Shown: positions 1 through 9,723, counted from the stretch's first letter. The stretch: DNA of 64,000 nt from Christensenellaceae bacterium (GCA_012518615.1 JAAYRU010000004.1:16085-80084); one strand, 5' to 3'. Made by a program: numbers and translations. The notes: a model not told the origin generated them from the letters alone.

Positions 1-91
1 TTAGCATTATAATAAAGCCCGCAAATACGCCGGATAGTATGGCAATAAGTGAAGGAGATATGCTAAGTAACCACTTTTTTATTTTGTTCAT
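1..91 (-). CDS. ABC transporter permease, N-terminal fragment (gene runs off the window start)
   Basis: The reverse-strand ATG at 91..89 overlaps the TGA of the upstream ATPase gene (ATGA coupling). The translation MNKIKKWLLSISPSLIAILSGVFAGFIIML is a hydrophobic TM start, as expected for the permease that follows a BMP-type ABC ATPase. Confidence 0.5.
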   Translation of the reverse strand, partial: MNKIKKWLLSISPSLIAILSGVFAGFIIML

Positions 92-1611
92 GCGCTTTCC
101 CCCTTTGAACCCGCCATGTATAGACCCAGCAACTGCGGAGTCGCGTCCTTTGCGGCAAGCTGAGCTACTATATTCCCTTCGTATATAACAAGTATCCTGT
201 CGGATAGCTGGAATACTTCATCAAGCTCTAAGGAAATAAGCAATATTGCTTTCCCCTCCTTGCGCTGCTGCAAAAGCTGTTCGTGTATGTACATCATGGC
301 GCCTACATCAAGCCCGCGGGTAGGCTGAACCGCTATAAGTAGTTTTGGGTCTGCGTTTATTTCCCTTGCGATTATCGCCTTTTGCTGATTACCGCCTGAC
401 ATGCTGCGCGCCATAGTATCCGCACCTTGGGCGGAGCGTATGTCAAACTTTTCTATTAGCATATCCGCCTGCTCTCTAACCGCAGGGTAGTTAATAAAGC
501 CACGGTTTTGAAGCTCTGGCGCGTAATAGTTTTTAAGGGCTAAGTTCTGTTGAAGGTCAAAATCTAGCACCAGACCGTACTTATACCTATCCTCAGGTAT
601 ATGGGCAAGCCCTAAATCATTTCGGGTTCTAACTGTAGCCCGGCTTATATCTTCACCCATAAATTTAATGCTGCCGCTTGCAACATCCATAAGCCCGGCT
701 ATTGCATAGGCTAGTTCACTCTGCCCATTGCCGTCTATGCCTACTATGCACACTATTTCGCCTTCATGTACATCAAAGCTTACATTGTTTACGGCATTTT
801 TTTCATGAGCTCCCTTTACGCATAGATTGTCTACGCTGAGCACTGGCTTACCTAGGGAAACTTCGTCCTTATCTATGGTAAAGCGCATCTTCCTGCCCAC
901 CATCATCTCCGCCATCTCTTCAACGGTGGTAGTGGCAACAGGAACGGTTGCGACCATCTTGCCTTTTCTTAGCACGGTGCAGCGGTCTGCTACTTTTTTA
1001 ATTTCTTCTAGCTTATGGGTAATAAATAATATGCTCTTACCCTCATCCGCCATGCCGCGCATTACAAGCATAAGCTCCTCTATTTCTTGAGGCGTAAGCA
1101 CTGCGGTAGGCTCATCAAATATTAGTATTTCATTATCGCGGTAGAGCATTTTAAGTATCTCAACCCTCTGCTGCATACCGACGGTTATATCGCTTATAAG
1201 TAAATCCGGCTCAACCTTAAGGCCGTATCTTTCGGATAGTTCAACCACCTTATCGCGCGCAGCGCCCATCTTAAGCACGCCCCGCTCAGTGGTTTCAACA
1301 CCAAGTATGATGTTTTCAAGCACGGTGAAGTTATGTACCAGCTTAAAATGTTGATGCACCATACCTATGCCAAGGCGGTTCGCATCATTGGGGTCGTTAA
1401 TATTTACTTCCTTACCATTTTTTAATATCCTGCCGGCATCAGGCTTATATAGCCCAAATAATATGCTCATCAATGTGGATTTACCCGCGCCGTTTTCACC
1501 CAGCAGTGCGTGTATCTCACCTTTTTTAAGCTGCAGGCTTATGTTGTCATTTGCTCTAATACCGGGAAAATCCTTGGTGATGTTAAGCATTTCTATAATA
1601 TATTCGCCCAT
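88..1611 (-). CDS. ABC transporter ATP-binding protein with duplicated ATPase domains (BMP/nucleoside-sugar type)
   Basis: The track ORF is 88..1629. There are two nucleotide-binding halves (GENGAGKST and GIDGNGQSEL Walker A; MSGGNQQK signature). I prefer the start at MGEYII (1611) because GGGGAGAAAC lies just upstream. Confidence 0.9.
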   Translation of the reverse strand: MGEYIIEMLNITKDFPGIRANDNISLQLKKGEIHALLGENGAGKSTLMSILFGLYKPDAGRILKNGKEVNINDPNDANRLGIGMVHQHFKLVHNFTVLENIILGVETTERGVLKMGAARDKVVELSERYGLKVEPDLLISDITVGMQQRVEILKMLYRDNEILIFDEPTAVLTPQEIEELMLVMRGMADEGKSILFITHKLEEIKKVADRCTVLRKGKMVATVPVATTTVEEMAEMMVGRKMRFTIDKDEVSLGKPVLSVDNLCVKGAHEKNAVNNVSFDVHEGEIVCIVGIDGNGQSELAYAIAGLMDVASGSIKFMGEDISRATVRTRNDLGLAHIPEDRYKYGLVLDFDLQQNLALKNYYAPELQNRGFINYPAVREQADMLIEKFDIRSAQGADTMARSMSGGNQQKAIIAREINADPKLLIAVQPTRGLDVGAMMYIHEQLLQQRKEGKAILLISLELDEVFQLSDRILVIYEGNIVAQLAAKDATPQLLGLYMAGSKGESA

Positions 1612-1626
1612 GTTTCTCCCCTTGCA

Positions 1627-1660
1627 CAAAAAAACCGCTACCCCCTTTAGGGGGGTAGCA
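1627..1660 (-). terminator. Intercistronic hairpin/attenuator between the binding-protein and ATPase genes
   Basis: GCTACCCCC-TTTA-GGGGGTAGC stem-loop, followed on the minus strand by a U-run (plus-strand A-run 1627-1634). It lies between the stop at 1669 and the start at 1611. Confidence 0.5.
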
Positions 1661-1668
1661 TATATTGT

Positions 1669-2730
1669 TTAGTCTACCAATGTAACTGAGATTATTTCAC
1701 TAGCTAGTTCTGACGCGTCATTGACATCTTTATCGCCCTTGATAGCGATTTCGTTGTCTACAAGCTTCTTGTATATTGCGTCATAATCTTCCTGAGTGAA
1801 TTTTTCAAAGCGGCTGTTCTCCATGGGGAGCTGCACGCCGTCACGCGCCGCGTCAAGGTTGATGGATTCGCCACCGGGGAATTCGCCTTTGTAGTAGGCG
1901 TCAAGCATCTGCTGAACGGACTCTGCAAGACCCTTTGCAGCTGAAGTGATAACGGTTTCGGATTCGGCATACTGGTCTACGTCAACGCCTATTACCTTGC
2001 CGCCGCCGGCTTCTGCCGCCGCCATTACGCTGTTGCCAACAGGACCACCGCAAGCAAATATTACTTCTACGCCATCTGAGAACCAGGAGGCTGCCATTGT
2101 CTGTACTTCGGGTGTGGCTTCAAAGCCGCCTGTGTAGTGATAACGGCACTCAAGCCCTGATATGCCTAGTTCCTTTGCCGCATATTCCGCGCCCTGTACA
2201 AAGCCGTAGCCAAAGCGGATAACCGCGGGTACCGCCATACCGCCCATGAAACCGAGCTTGGTATAACCTTCTTTTACTGCTGCATAGCCCGCAAGGAAGC
2301 CGGACTGCTCTTCTGCGTAGGTTATGCCTACTGCATTGGGCTCAGTATGATAGTTATAGCTGCCATCGTGGGGATTACCGTCGATAAGCACGAAATATAC
2401 ATCGGGATACATCTGCTGTGCGATATATACGGCCTCTTCAAACAGGAAACCGGGTGTTACAACTACCTTTGCGCCCGCCTCAACCGCCTGCTGCATATAC
2501 TCTAGGTAAATTTCGGTTGACTGACCGTTTGGCTGATAGTAGTTATAGGTTTTGCCGTTCGCTTCGGCGTATTCCTTGATGCCCTCCCATGTGCCTTGGT
2601 TGAAAGACTTGTCGTCTATGGTGCCAATGTCGGTAACCATTGCGAGTTCATAGACATTTCCTTCGGCGAAAGCCATTGCAAAAGGCAGTGCAAGAGCTAG
2701 CACAAGAAAAAGAGATACGAGTTTTTTCAT
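1669..2730 (-). CDS. BMP-family (Med/PnrA-like) ABC transporter substrate-binding protein
   Basis: 353 aa with an N-terminal signal peptide (MKKLVSLFLVLALALPFAMAFA). BMP-family-like sequence (MVTDIGTIDDKSFNQGTWEG...). Sits in an operon with the ATPase and permease. Confidence 0.88.
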   Translation of the reverse strand: MKKLVSLFLVLALALPFAMAFAEGNVYELAMVTDIGTIDDKSFNQGTWEGIKEYAEANGKTYNYYQPNGQSTEIYLEYMQQAVEAGAKVVVTPGFLFEEAVYIAQQMYPDVYFVLIDGNPHDGSYNYHTEPNAVGITYAEEQSGFLAGYAAVKEGYTKLGFMGGMAVPAVIRFGYGFVQGAEYAAKELGISGLECRYHYTGGFEATPEVQTMAASWFSDGVEVIFACGGPVGNSVMAAAEAGGGKVIGVDVDQYAESETVITSAAKGLAESVQQMLDAYYKGEFPGGESINLDAARDGVQLPMENSRFEKFTQEDYDAIYKKLVDNEIAIKGDKDVNDASELASEIISVTLVD

Positions 2731-2783
2731 TAAGTACTCCTCCTAAATTGATATTTTTGAAACTAATTCATTGTTTCAGCTAG

Positions 2784-2812
2784 ATTATAACATAATAGAA
2801 ATTCTCACGCAA
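2784..2812 (-). promoter_or_regulatory. Candidate sigma-A promoter of the BMP ABC operon
   Basis: The minus strand reads TTGCGT-17 nt-TATAAT with a TGT extended -10, about 55 nt upstream of the start at 2730. Confidence 0.45.
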
Positions 2813-2839
2813 GATTTCGGCAGTTTTAAGGCGTCTATC

Positions 2840-3217
2840 CTAAGACTTAATATAGGCTATACACTCTACCTCTACCATACAGTTTTTGGGTATTTCCTTT
2901 ACGGCAACGCAGCTTCTTGCAGGCTTATCATTCGGAAAAAACTTCTCGTACACTTTGTTAAACGCGGAGAAGTTTCCCATATCGCTAAGGAAACATAATG
3001 TCCTTACGACATCATCCATGCTGCCTCCGGCTTCCTCAATAATTGCCTTTAGATTCTTCATAGACTGCTCGGTTTGAGCTTCTATTCCCTCGGGTATTAA
3101 ACCGGTTTCAGGGTTAACAGGTATCTGCCCTGATGTAAAAAGGAAATTACCTACAAGCTTTGCCTGCACATAGGGGCCTATTGCCCCGGGCGCCTTACTG
3201 GTGTTGATGTTTTTCAT
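2840..3217 (-). CDS. ridA: RidA/YjgF family reactive-intermediate deaminase
   Basis: 125 aa. Family-typical sequence: APGAIGPYVQA..., GQIPVNPETG, ARSCVAV. Confidence 0.9.
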   Translation of the reverse strand: MKNINTSKAPGAIGPYVQAKLVGNFLFTSGQIPVNPETGLIPEGIEAQTEQSMKNLKAIIEEAGGSMDDVVRTLCFLSDMGNFSAFNKVYEKFFPNDKPARSCVAVKEIPKNCMVEVECIAYIKS

Positions 3218-3220
3218 TTT

Positions 3221-3898
3221 TTATCCTCCATTATTTTTTATTTTATTACCGTTTTCACCCCAATATTCCATCTTCCAATCGGGCTTAGCACGGCTTAATG
3301 CCTTTTTAGGGTTTATGCATATGGGATTTTGCGTAAGCTCCATCATGGGTATGTCATGACTGCTGTCGCCATATGCAAAGCTGTTTTCTATATCCATAGC
3401 TATATTGTTTTCCTTAAGCCATTTTTCTATGCGTTTTGGCTTTTCAGCGCCTTTAAAATTGCACGTTACCTCTCCACTATCCGTAGTTAGGCTCGCAAGC
3501 ACACCGTCTACAGGCAAGTATAAGGGCAGGTGTTTCATATAGCAATCAGGGGAAGCAGATACTATAAGCACCATATCCCCCTTAGCTCTATGCATAAGCA
3601 GTCTATCAAACGCCTCAGGATATAGCCTTGGAAGAAGCTTTTCAGATATAAAGCGCTTCGCAAATTCTTCTTGTCTGTTTTTATCTACATTCTTTAAAAA
3701 AGAAAGCGACATGCTCTTTGCCCTTTCAGTTGAAATAGCACCGCTTAAGGCAAGCAAAGTGGATAACAATATTTTAGGTATATTTCTCTTAGGGCATAGC
3801 CCTTCTTTTATTGCAAGGGATATATATTCAACTATACTGTCGCCTTTTAGCATGGTGCCGTCAAAATCAAAAAGCGAAACAGCTCTTAGTTGTTCCAT
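3221..3898 (-). CDS. HAD-IB family hydrolase
   Basis: 225 aa. Motif I DFDGT (SLFDFDGTML) and a late GDSSHD motif. Confidence 0.75.
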   Translation of the reverse strand: MEQLRAVSLFDFDGTMLKGDSIVEYISLAIKEGLCPKRNIPKILLSTLLALSGAISTERAKSMSLSFLKNVDKNRQEEFAKRFISEKLLPRLYPEAFDRLLMHRAKGDMVLIVSASPDCYMKHLPLYLPVDGVLASLTTDSGEVTCNFKGAEKPKRIEKWLKENNIAMDIENSFAYGDSSHDIPMMELTQNPICINPKKALSRAKPDWKMEYWGENGNKIKNNGG

Positions 3899-4680
3899 AT
3901 AATCTCCTGCTCAGCAGCAATTGCGCCATTTAGATATAGACTTAATACATATTTACCGGGCTGGGGTACTTTATTTGAGTAATGCAACATAGTCTTTATG
4001 CAATTATTAAAGGGAAGCACAAAATAACCGTTGTATGTAGAGTCTTCGCTTAATTTTAGCGGATCCGCGGAAAAATATTCATAGCCTTGGGGCGTATGCA
4101 ATACCCAAAGACCGTCCAAGTCTTTAGACTCCTGCGCTTGCACGGGCAAAACATAGCGTACAACAAATGAGTAATATGCTGTTTTTTCTTCATCTATTAC
4201 ATCATTCAAGGCGGAAAGCTTATCATAGCTCGCCCTATGATATTTTGTGCTTTCGTTCCAGTCTTCAACATCATCATGCCTGTATAGAACGGCAGAAAGT
4301 GTGTTATAACCCCTTTCCTTAAAAGTTTTCGCCTTTGGCAGGGGCAGGCTTATATAGCGGGAAGCATCCTCATACATACTGGGATTAGGGTCTTCATCGG
4401 TGCTACCTATCCAAAAGCGATAGTTGCTCCCCGGGATAAGCCAATTGAAGCTAAATGTGTTACCCTTTACCTCAAGGTAGTTGAAATAGGGATTGCCCTC
4501 CCTTTCATATACCAGCAGTAAGCTGTCTTTTTTATTGTTTATTCTATCCCAGTTGAGCAGCACTCTATGCGGAGCCAGCACTTCGGCTGTGAAATGTTTT
4601 ACCGGATTATCAGCATATGAAACGCTTATTATAGTACATATAACTAGGCTTAATATTACAGCACATAATTTTCTGCGCAT
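3886..4680 (-). CDS. Secreted hypothetical protein, possibly with an FN3-like domain
   Basis: 264 aa. Signal-peptide-like N-terminus (MRRKLCAVILSLVICTIISVSYA). No family recognised. Its 3' end overlaps the HAD gene start by 13 nt. Confidence 0.55.
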   Translation of the reverse strand: MRRKLCAVILSLVICTIISVSYADNPVKHFTAEVLAPHRVLLNWDRINNKKDSLLLVYEREGNPYFNYLEVKGNTFSFNWLIPGSNYRFWIGSTDEDPNPSMYEDASRYISLPLPKAKTFKERGYNTLSAVLYRHDDVEDWNESTKYHRASYDKLSALNDVIDEEKTAYYSFVVRYVLPVQAQESKDLDGLWVLHTPQGYEYFSADPLKLSEDSTYNGYFVLPFNNCIKTMLHYSNKVPQPGKYVLSLYLNGAIAAEQEIIWNN

Positions 4681-4796
4681 AAGTTACCTCCTTTTAGCTA
4701 CGATTAGATGATACTAGAGCAACCGGCAAATTGCAATTCGCATAATTGACAAAAAGCGGCGCTTTGTTGTATCCTCGCCCTGTAAGGGGGGATAAA

Positions 4797-5423
4797 ATGC
4801 TGGTAATCGGTATTTGCGGCGCAAGCGGCAGCGGCAAGACCACGCTTTCTCAAGAGCTTAAGGCATCGCTTAAGGAAGAAAATTGCAGCGCAACTATTAT
4901 TAATCAAGACACATATTATTACGATTTTCCTGAAAAAAGTTTTGAGGAAAGAGCACAGCTTAACTACGACCAACCAGCAATATTCAACCACGACGCACTT
5001 TATGAGGATGTAAAAACCCTTCTTTCGGGCAAATCTATAGAAAGAAAAAACTATGATTTTTCAGAATACAGAGCTATTCCCCCTATTGATATTATCACGC
5101 CCACTGAAGTTCTTATAATAGAGGGTATACATGTATTTTACGATATAAGACTTATGGAGCTTATGTTTTTAAAGCTTTATGTAAGCGTTGAGCCTGATAT
5201 ATGTCTTCTGCGCCGTATTAACCGCGACATTAAGGAAAGAAAGCGCAGCATAGACAGCATTACAAGACAATACCTAAACACAGTAAAACCCATGTATGAC
5301 CGCTATATAAGAAACTATGTAAATTGTGCAGATGTAATAGTAAGCCGCGGAGGTAAAAACGCCCGAATAGTAGAGGTGCTTACAGGCTACCTGCGTAGCG
5401 TAATGACAAAAAAAGAGGACTGA
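4797..5423 (+). CDS. udk: Uridine kinase
   Basis: MLVIGICGASGSGKTT P-loop and Udk-like body. AAGGGGGG RBS lies upstream of the ATG at 4797. The track start at 4746 was rejected. Confidence 0.9.
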   Translation: MLVIGICGASGSGKTTLSQELKASLKEENCSATIINQDTYYYDFPEKSFEERAQLNYDQPAIFNHDALYEDVKTLLSGKSIERKNYDFSEYRAIPPIDIITPTEVLIIEGIHVFYDIRLMELMFLKLYVSVEPDICLLRRINRDIKERKRSIDSITRQYLNTVKPMYDRYIRNYVNCADVIVSRGGKNARIVEVLTGYLRSVMTKKED

Positions 5424-5424
5424 T

Positions 5425-6705
5425 ATGCAAAATAATATAAACGCTGAATTATATGAGAAAACAAATGAATTACCATACCTTATAGACTTTGCACGAATAC
5501 CTTTGCAGGATATTTTAAGAAACAGGCATTTTGAAGACCCGCTGCATATGCTGCTAAAAAGCCTTGCTTACAGCAGCCTAATAAAGACATACCTCTCCCC
5601 GCTATCGGGAGTGCTTCCAAGCTTTGAAAGAAAAGAGCTTTTTAGAGCGCTCTCTTCCGCAATAGCCCCCGCGAGCTATCAATATATAGCTTTTCAAAAT
5701 ATATTAAAAAAACTATTTAATATGGATGTTTCTGCATTTATTGAGGATTTTGACGCAGCATACGATGATATATGCGGCAAATTAAGGCACTCAAACCTTG
5801 GAACAAACGGAATACTTAACTCGCTTAACATACACTCTATGCATATAATAACCGATATTTCAGAGGATACACGCCCTTTTACGCTTATTAATAGCGATGA
5901 ACTTTTGCACTTCCCCGTAGCGCCAACTGCGGATTTAAGCAAGCTGTGCAAAATTAATTCTTCTTCATTCTCAAATGCGCTAAAGAGCATATCCGCCTCT
6001 GTAAATAGACCTATTACATCATTTGATGAACTTATAAAAGCCATAGAGGAGCGCATAGCAGTATTTTACTCAATGAACTGCAAAAGCGTATATATAGAGC
6101 CCGATTATTTTCCTACCTCTAAAATAAACCTTGAAAATGCTGATGGAGTATTTAAAAGCGTAGCTAATGGTACAAAGGTGAGCCGCAAAATTTCAGCAGG
6201 ATATAAGGCTGCGTTTATTTTTTCCGTTGCCCGTATATGCGCTAAGCATAATATATTGCTTTCTATAAAGCCGCCATGCGGCGACGAACCTATACTCGCT
6301 TCCATAAAACGCATAGTTGATAGGCTTGTTAAAACTTCCTCTATGCCAAGGCTTATGATTATTTCAAACAGCTTTCAGCAATACCAAGGGCTTATTAAAT
6401 TAAGCGCAGCCAGCTTTACTAATAATGGAAAGCCCGCAATAACTGTACGCCCTGTCGTGGCTACAATAGAGCCTAATACTTCAAGTTATATGCTGTCAAG
6501 GCTTAATCTACTCCCCCACTCTCTTTTAAGTATTACAGAGCACGGAAGCATTGCAGATATGTTCTGCCTGCCACACGCTAGAAAAGAGGTGTTAAACTCA
6601 CTATATGAGCTTTACAACAAAGGAGAGATAGATAAAAACAACTTATTAAACTTAGCTGAAAATATAGCGCATAATAATATAGTAGAACAATATTTCCCAG
6701 CATAA
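5425..6705 (+). CDS. Glucuronate isomerase (UxaC)-like protein with the HxH metal motif not conserved
   Basis: The N-terminus AELYEKTNELPYLIDFARIPLQDILRNRHFED aligns from memory with UxaC (A..LY..YA...PIxDYHCHL....I.....F.N). The C-terminus GEIDKNNLLNLAENIAHNNIVEQYF resembles the UxaC end (GE....[20 protein letters not shown]). The start is 1 nt after the udk stop. Confidence 0.55.
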   Translation: MQNNINAELYEKTNELPYLIDFARIPLQDILRNRHFEDPLHMLLKSLAYSSLIKTYLSPLSGVLPSFERKELFRALSSAIAPASYQYIAFQNILKKLFNMDVSAFIEDFDAAYDDICGKLRHSNLGTNGILNSLNIHSMHIITDISEDTRPFTLINSDELLHFPVAPTADLSKLCKINSSSFSNALKSISASVNRPITSFDELIKAIEERIAVFYSMNCKSVYIEPDYFPTSKINLENADGVFKSVANGTKVSRKISAGYKAAFIFSVARICAKHNILLSIKPPCGDEPILASIKRIVDRLVKTSSMPRLMIISNSFQQYQGLIKLSAASFTNNGKPAITVRPVVATIEPNTSSYMLSRLNLLPHSLLSITEHGSIADMFCLPHARKEVLNSLYELYNKGEIDKNNLLNLAENIAHNNIVEQYFPA

Positions 6706-6725
6706 TTTAATCTAATTCGCATATT

Positions 6726-6759
6726 AAAAACGAGGCATTTTTCGGCCTCGTTTGTTTTT
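6726..6759. terminator. Bidirectional rho-independent terminator
   Basis: AAACGAGGC-loop-GCCTCGTTT stem flanked by an A-run and a T-run, between convergent genes ending at 6705 (+) and 6787 (-). Confidence 0.65.
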
Positions 6760-6786
6760 GTAACAAAGTTAAAATTACAACTATGT

Positions 6787-8223
6787 TTATGAGCCCTTAG
6801 GATAGTTACCCTCGAAAAGCACCCTTTGGGTCGCGGGTCCTGCAACGCCGTCCATGGATAGACCCTTATCCTGCTGGAAGCGGGTTACTGCCTCAGTAGT
6901 AGCTTCGCCATATTTGCCGTCTACGCTTCCCCTTAAGTAACCTTGGCTCTTAAGCGCATTTTGCAGGTTGCGCACAAGCACTCCGCTATTGCCCTCCCTG
7001 AGGGTTACATAATCACCATTCGGGTGGGGGGTTACATTTGTATAGTTTATTACTTCCGTGGGCTTTGGTATAGGCGTTACTTTGGGTGCTGTTGTACTAC
7101 CTGCTGTTGAGCCTGCCTTACGCGCTTCGCTTGAGTATAGCTTGTTTAAGGTAGTTGTGCCTGCAACACCGTCAACAGTAAGACCATGCGCCCTTTGGAA
7201 TGCCTTTACAGCTTCTTCCGTGCTTGCGCCAAAATCCCCATCGCGGCTGCCTGCGTAGTAGCCTAAATCCTTAAGCCTAGCCTGCATTTCCTGTACGGAT
7301 TTGGAATCCGTCATACCGCGGCGCAGGGATACCCCAACCACGCCTTTTGCGCTTGAAGTGCGGCGCGCGTTTGATGAATACAGCGCTTTTAGCGTAAGCG
7401 GACCAGCTATACCGTCTGAATAGGCAACATTACGCTTCTGGAAGGCATATACAGCCTGCTCGGTTGAAGAATCAAACCTGCCGCTAGCTTTACCTTCAAG
7501 ATAGCCAAGCTCTATTAGGCGTTCCTGCATTTTAGTTACATCTCTTCCGCTGTCGCCAAGCTGGAGATATAGATTTTCTTTTATCCTAGGCGTAGCTGTT
7601 GCCTTTGGCGTAGCTGTTGCCTTTGGAAGCGCGCGCTTTGCGGATGAAGATTGCAGCCTTGAAAGCGTTGCCCTGCCCGCAATGCCGTCTGCCTTTAAAT
7701 CGTTGCGGCGCTGGAAATCCTTAAGGGCGTCCTCGGTTTTCTTGCCAAAGTCGCCATCGGCGCTGCCGTCAAGGTAGCCAAGGTCTTTAAGCCGTCTTTG
7801 CATCTCTTTTACATCCTGCCCCTTGCTGCCAAGCTTTATTACATATACAGTAGGCTGTGGCGAGGGGGTGCCGGTTGAAAAACTAAGGGCTATAGTAGCA
7901 GTACTGTCTATCCCCGGGGAAACAGTAGGCGTTACAAATGCGCCGGGTATGGCAGTGCTGTCCCAAGGCAATACCTGCGCGCCCTGAGTGGTTGCAGATG
8001 GGCTAGGCAAACTTATAGGCGCAATTGTGCTTGTGGGCTCGGGCGTGCTTGACACCGCCGGCGTTGTAAGCACCGGGAAAGGATATTGATTATTATCTAT
8101 TGCGCCGCCGCCTATATCATCGCCGCCCGTATCAGGCTTTGACTTGCAGCCCGCAAGCAAAGCCACGGATATTATAACCGCAAATAGGGCTGCTATTTTA
8201 ATAATGCGACTGTATGACTTCAT
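6787..8223 (-). CDS. Lipoprotein with four peptidoglycan-binding (PG_binding_1) repeats
   Basis: Lipobox LLAGC. Four repeats of the pattern G..V..(L/M)Q..L..LGY....DG.FG..T..AV..FQ....L..DG.AG..T. Pro/Thr/Ser-rich linker. Confidence 0.85.
   Translation of the reverse strand: MKSYSRIIKIAALFAVIISVALLAGCKSKPDTGGDDIGGGAIDNNQYPFPVLTTPAVSSTPEPTSTIAPISLPSPSATTQGAQVLPWDSTAIPGAFVTPTVSPGIDSTATIALSFSTGTPSPQPTVYVIKLGSKGQDVKEMQRRLKDLGYLDGSADGDFGKKTEDALKDFQRRNDLKADGIAGRATLSRLQSSSAKRALPKATATPKATATPRIKENLYLQLGDSGRDVTKMQERLIELGYLEGKASGRFDSSTEQAVYAFQKRNVAYSDGIAGPLTLKALYSSNARRTSSAKGVVGVSLRRGMTDSKSVQEMQARLKDLGYYAGSRDGDFGASTEEAVKAFQRAHGLTVDGVAGTTTLNKLYSSEARKAGSTAGSTTAPKVTPIPKPTEVINYTNVTPHPNGDYVTLREGNSGVLVRNLQNALKSQGYLRGSVDGKYGEATTEAVTRFQQDKGLSMDGVAGPATQRVLFEGNYPKGS
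7590..7625. repeat. Perfect 18-bp tandem duplication inside the PG-binding gene
   Basis: GCGTAGCTGTTGCCTTTG occurs twice in tandem, encoding KATATPKATATP in the linker. Confidence 0.85.
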
Positions 8224-8287
8224 TTAAATCCCCTCTTTTCAATGCTCCTTAACTATATAACGGATTAAAGGCTAAAATCCTTGCATC

Positions 8288-8881
8288 TCATGAAAAATCA
8301 ATGTCATTTTGGTAATGTATGCCCGTTATGCCAAATTGCTCCGCCGCCTTAGCGTTTTCCAGCACATCGTCTATGAAAACCGCGTCCTCAGCGGGGATAG
8401 AATTATCTGTAAGTAGTGAAATATAAATCTCAGGTTCCGGCTTTATCTGATGCAGATAACAGGATACGCATAGACCATCAAACAGCTTAAAAAAAGAATA
8501 TTCTTTGTACACTCTTTCAAATGCAGGTTTATGGAAGTTAGAAAGCACATACAGCTTTTTACCCATGCTTTTGAGCTTTTCTAGCGCATTCACAGCGGGC
8601 AAAACCTGCATAAGCTCTGGAAAATTGTACAAGAAATGGCTTACATTATCGTACTCTCCCGCCATATCCGGGTGATTGCACATAATTTTAGCCGCTTCAT
8701 CGTATGTTAGAGTGCCTCTGTCAAGCTCCTGCCAAGAATTGCTACCTACCACATGTTTAAGATACAATTCTTCCATGCCGTCTGGCGCAAGTGTATTTAC
8801 CGCTCTGTCGGGGCAGAAGTCTAACAGCACATTGCCAATATCGAACACTATATGCCCTTTTTCAACAAGCCTTATATCCAT
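8288..8881 (-). CDS. HAD family hydrolase
   Basis: Start chosen at MDIRLVEKGHIVFDIGNVL (GGAGGGCGT RBS). The DxG motif I region and late FIDD motif are HAD-typical. The track start at 8929 was rejected. Confidence 0.8.
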   Translation of the reverse strand: MDIRLVEKGHIVFDIGNVLLDFCPDRAVNTLAPDGMEELYLKHVVGSNSWQELDRGTLTYDEAAKIMCNHPDMAGEYDNVSHFLYNFPELMQVLPAVNALEKLKSMGKKLYVLSNFHKPAFERVYKEYSFFKLFDGLCVSCYLHQIKPEPEIYISLLTDNSIPAEDAVFIDDVLENAKAAEQFGITGIHYQNDIDFS

Positions 8882-9015
8882 ACGCCCTCCTGACAAGCAA
8901 AGAATAACACAAATTGTACTAATTTTCAATACTTTTTGTTAAGATCTTGTTAACATCACTTGAGTTTCTGTAGAATTACTGTATAATTAAAGCAATCATA
9001 TTTGGAGGGTATTTA

Positions 9016-9723
9016 ATGATTACATCGGCTTACGCTGCACAACAAGCAGCACCAAGCAAGCAGGCTCTTGCGACAAGCGATTTTTGGACATCTCAATTTG
9101 CACAGTTTACACCTAAGGATATCGCCTTGGTGTTGCTGTTTTCACTGATTGCGAGCGTTGTTATTTCACTGGTATACAAAAAAACTTACAGAGGAGTATT
9201 ATATAACCCCTCATTTGGAGTAACGCTTATACTGCTTACCATGATAACTTCATCGGTAGTTATGGCAATAGGCTCAAACGTTGCCCTTAGCATGGGCATG
9301 GTGGGCGCTCTTTCCATAGTGCGCTTCCGTACAGCAGTTAAAGACCCTATCGACACCGCCTATATGTTCTGGTCTATAACTATGGGCATATTAATAGGCT
9401 CTCAATACTATTTGCCCGCCATGGTAGTGGTGCTTGGTATAAGCTTTGTAATGCTTATGATATCTTTCCTTAAACTACGCACCAATTACAGCTATCTGCT
9501 TGTTATGCACTATGACCCCGCCTTTGAGCAGGAGATTACGCTAATGCTATCCCGCGTGCTGCGTAACTACCGTCTGCGCTCAAAAACTGTAACGCGCGCC
9601 GGCGCTGAAATGACGGTTGAACTTCAACTAAGGGATAGCAGCGACATAGTAGGACATATGCTTGGCACCACCGGCGTATACGATGCCACCCTAGTTTCCT
9701 GCCAGAGCGAAGCGGCTATATAA
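9016..9723 (+). CDS. DUF4956-family membrane protein
   Basis: 235 aa, several TM segments. The conserved VRFRTAVKDPIDT-type segment matches my memory of DUF4956. Paired with a VTC-domain gene. Confidence 0.75.
   Translation: MITSAYAAQQAAPSKQALATSDFWTSQFAQFTPKDIALVLLFSLIASVVISLVYKKTYRGVLYNPSFGVTLILLTMITSSVVMAIGSNVALSMGMVGALSIVRFRTAVKDPIDTAYMFWSITMGILIGSQYYLPAMVVVLGISFVMLMISFLKLRTNYSYLLVMHYDPAFEQEITLMLSRVLRNYRLRSKTVTRAGAEMTVELQLRDSSDIVGHMLGTTGVYDATLVSCQSEAAI

Noticed and set aside
4746-4796. Upstream extensions of track ORFs. Examples: udk from 4746, rRNA methyltransferase from 10354, ATP-grasp from 23866, lipoprotein from 36045, HAD from 8929, mal from 13986, GT4 from 17308, tctB from 44344, transposase frame from 33437.
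   Set aside because: In each case a downstream Met preceded by a GGAGG-like RBS gives the family-typical N-terminus. The extension overlaps a neighbouring gene or a terminator hairpin.
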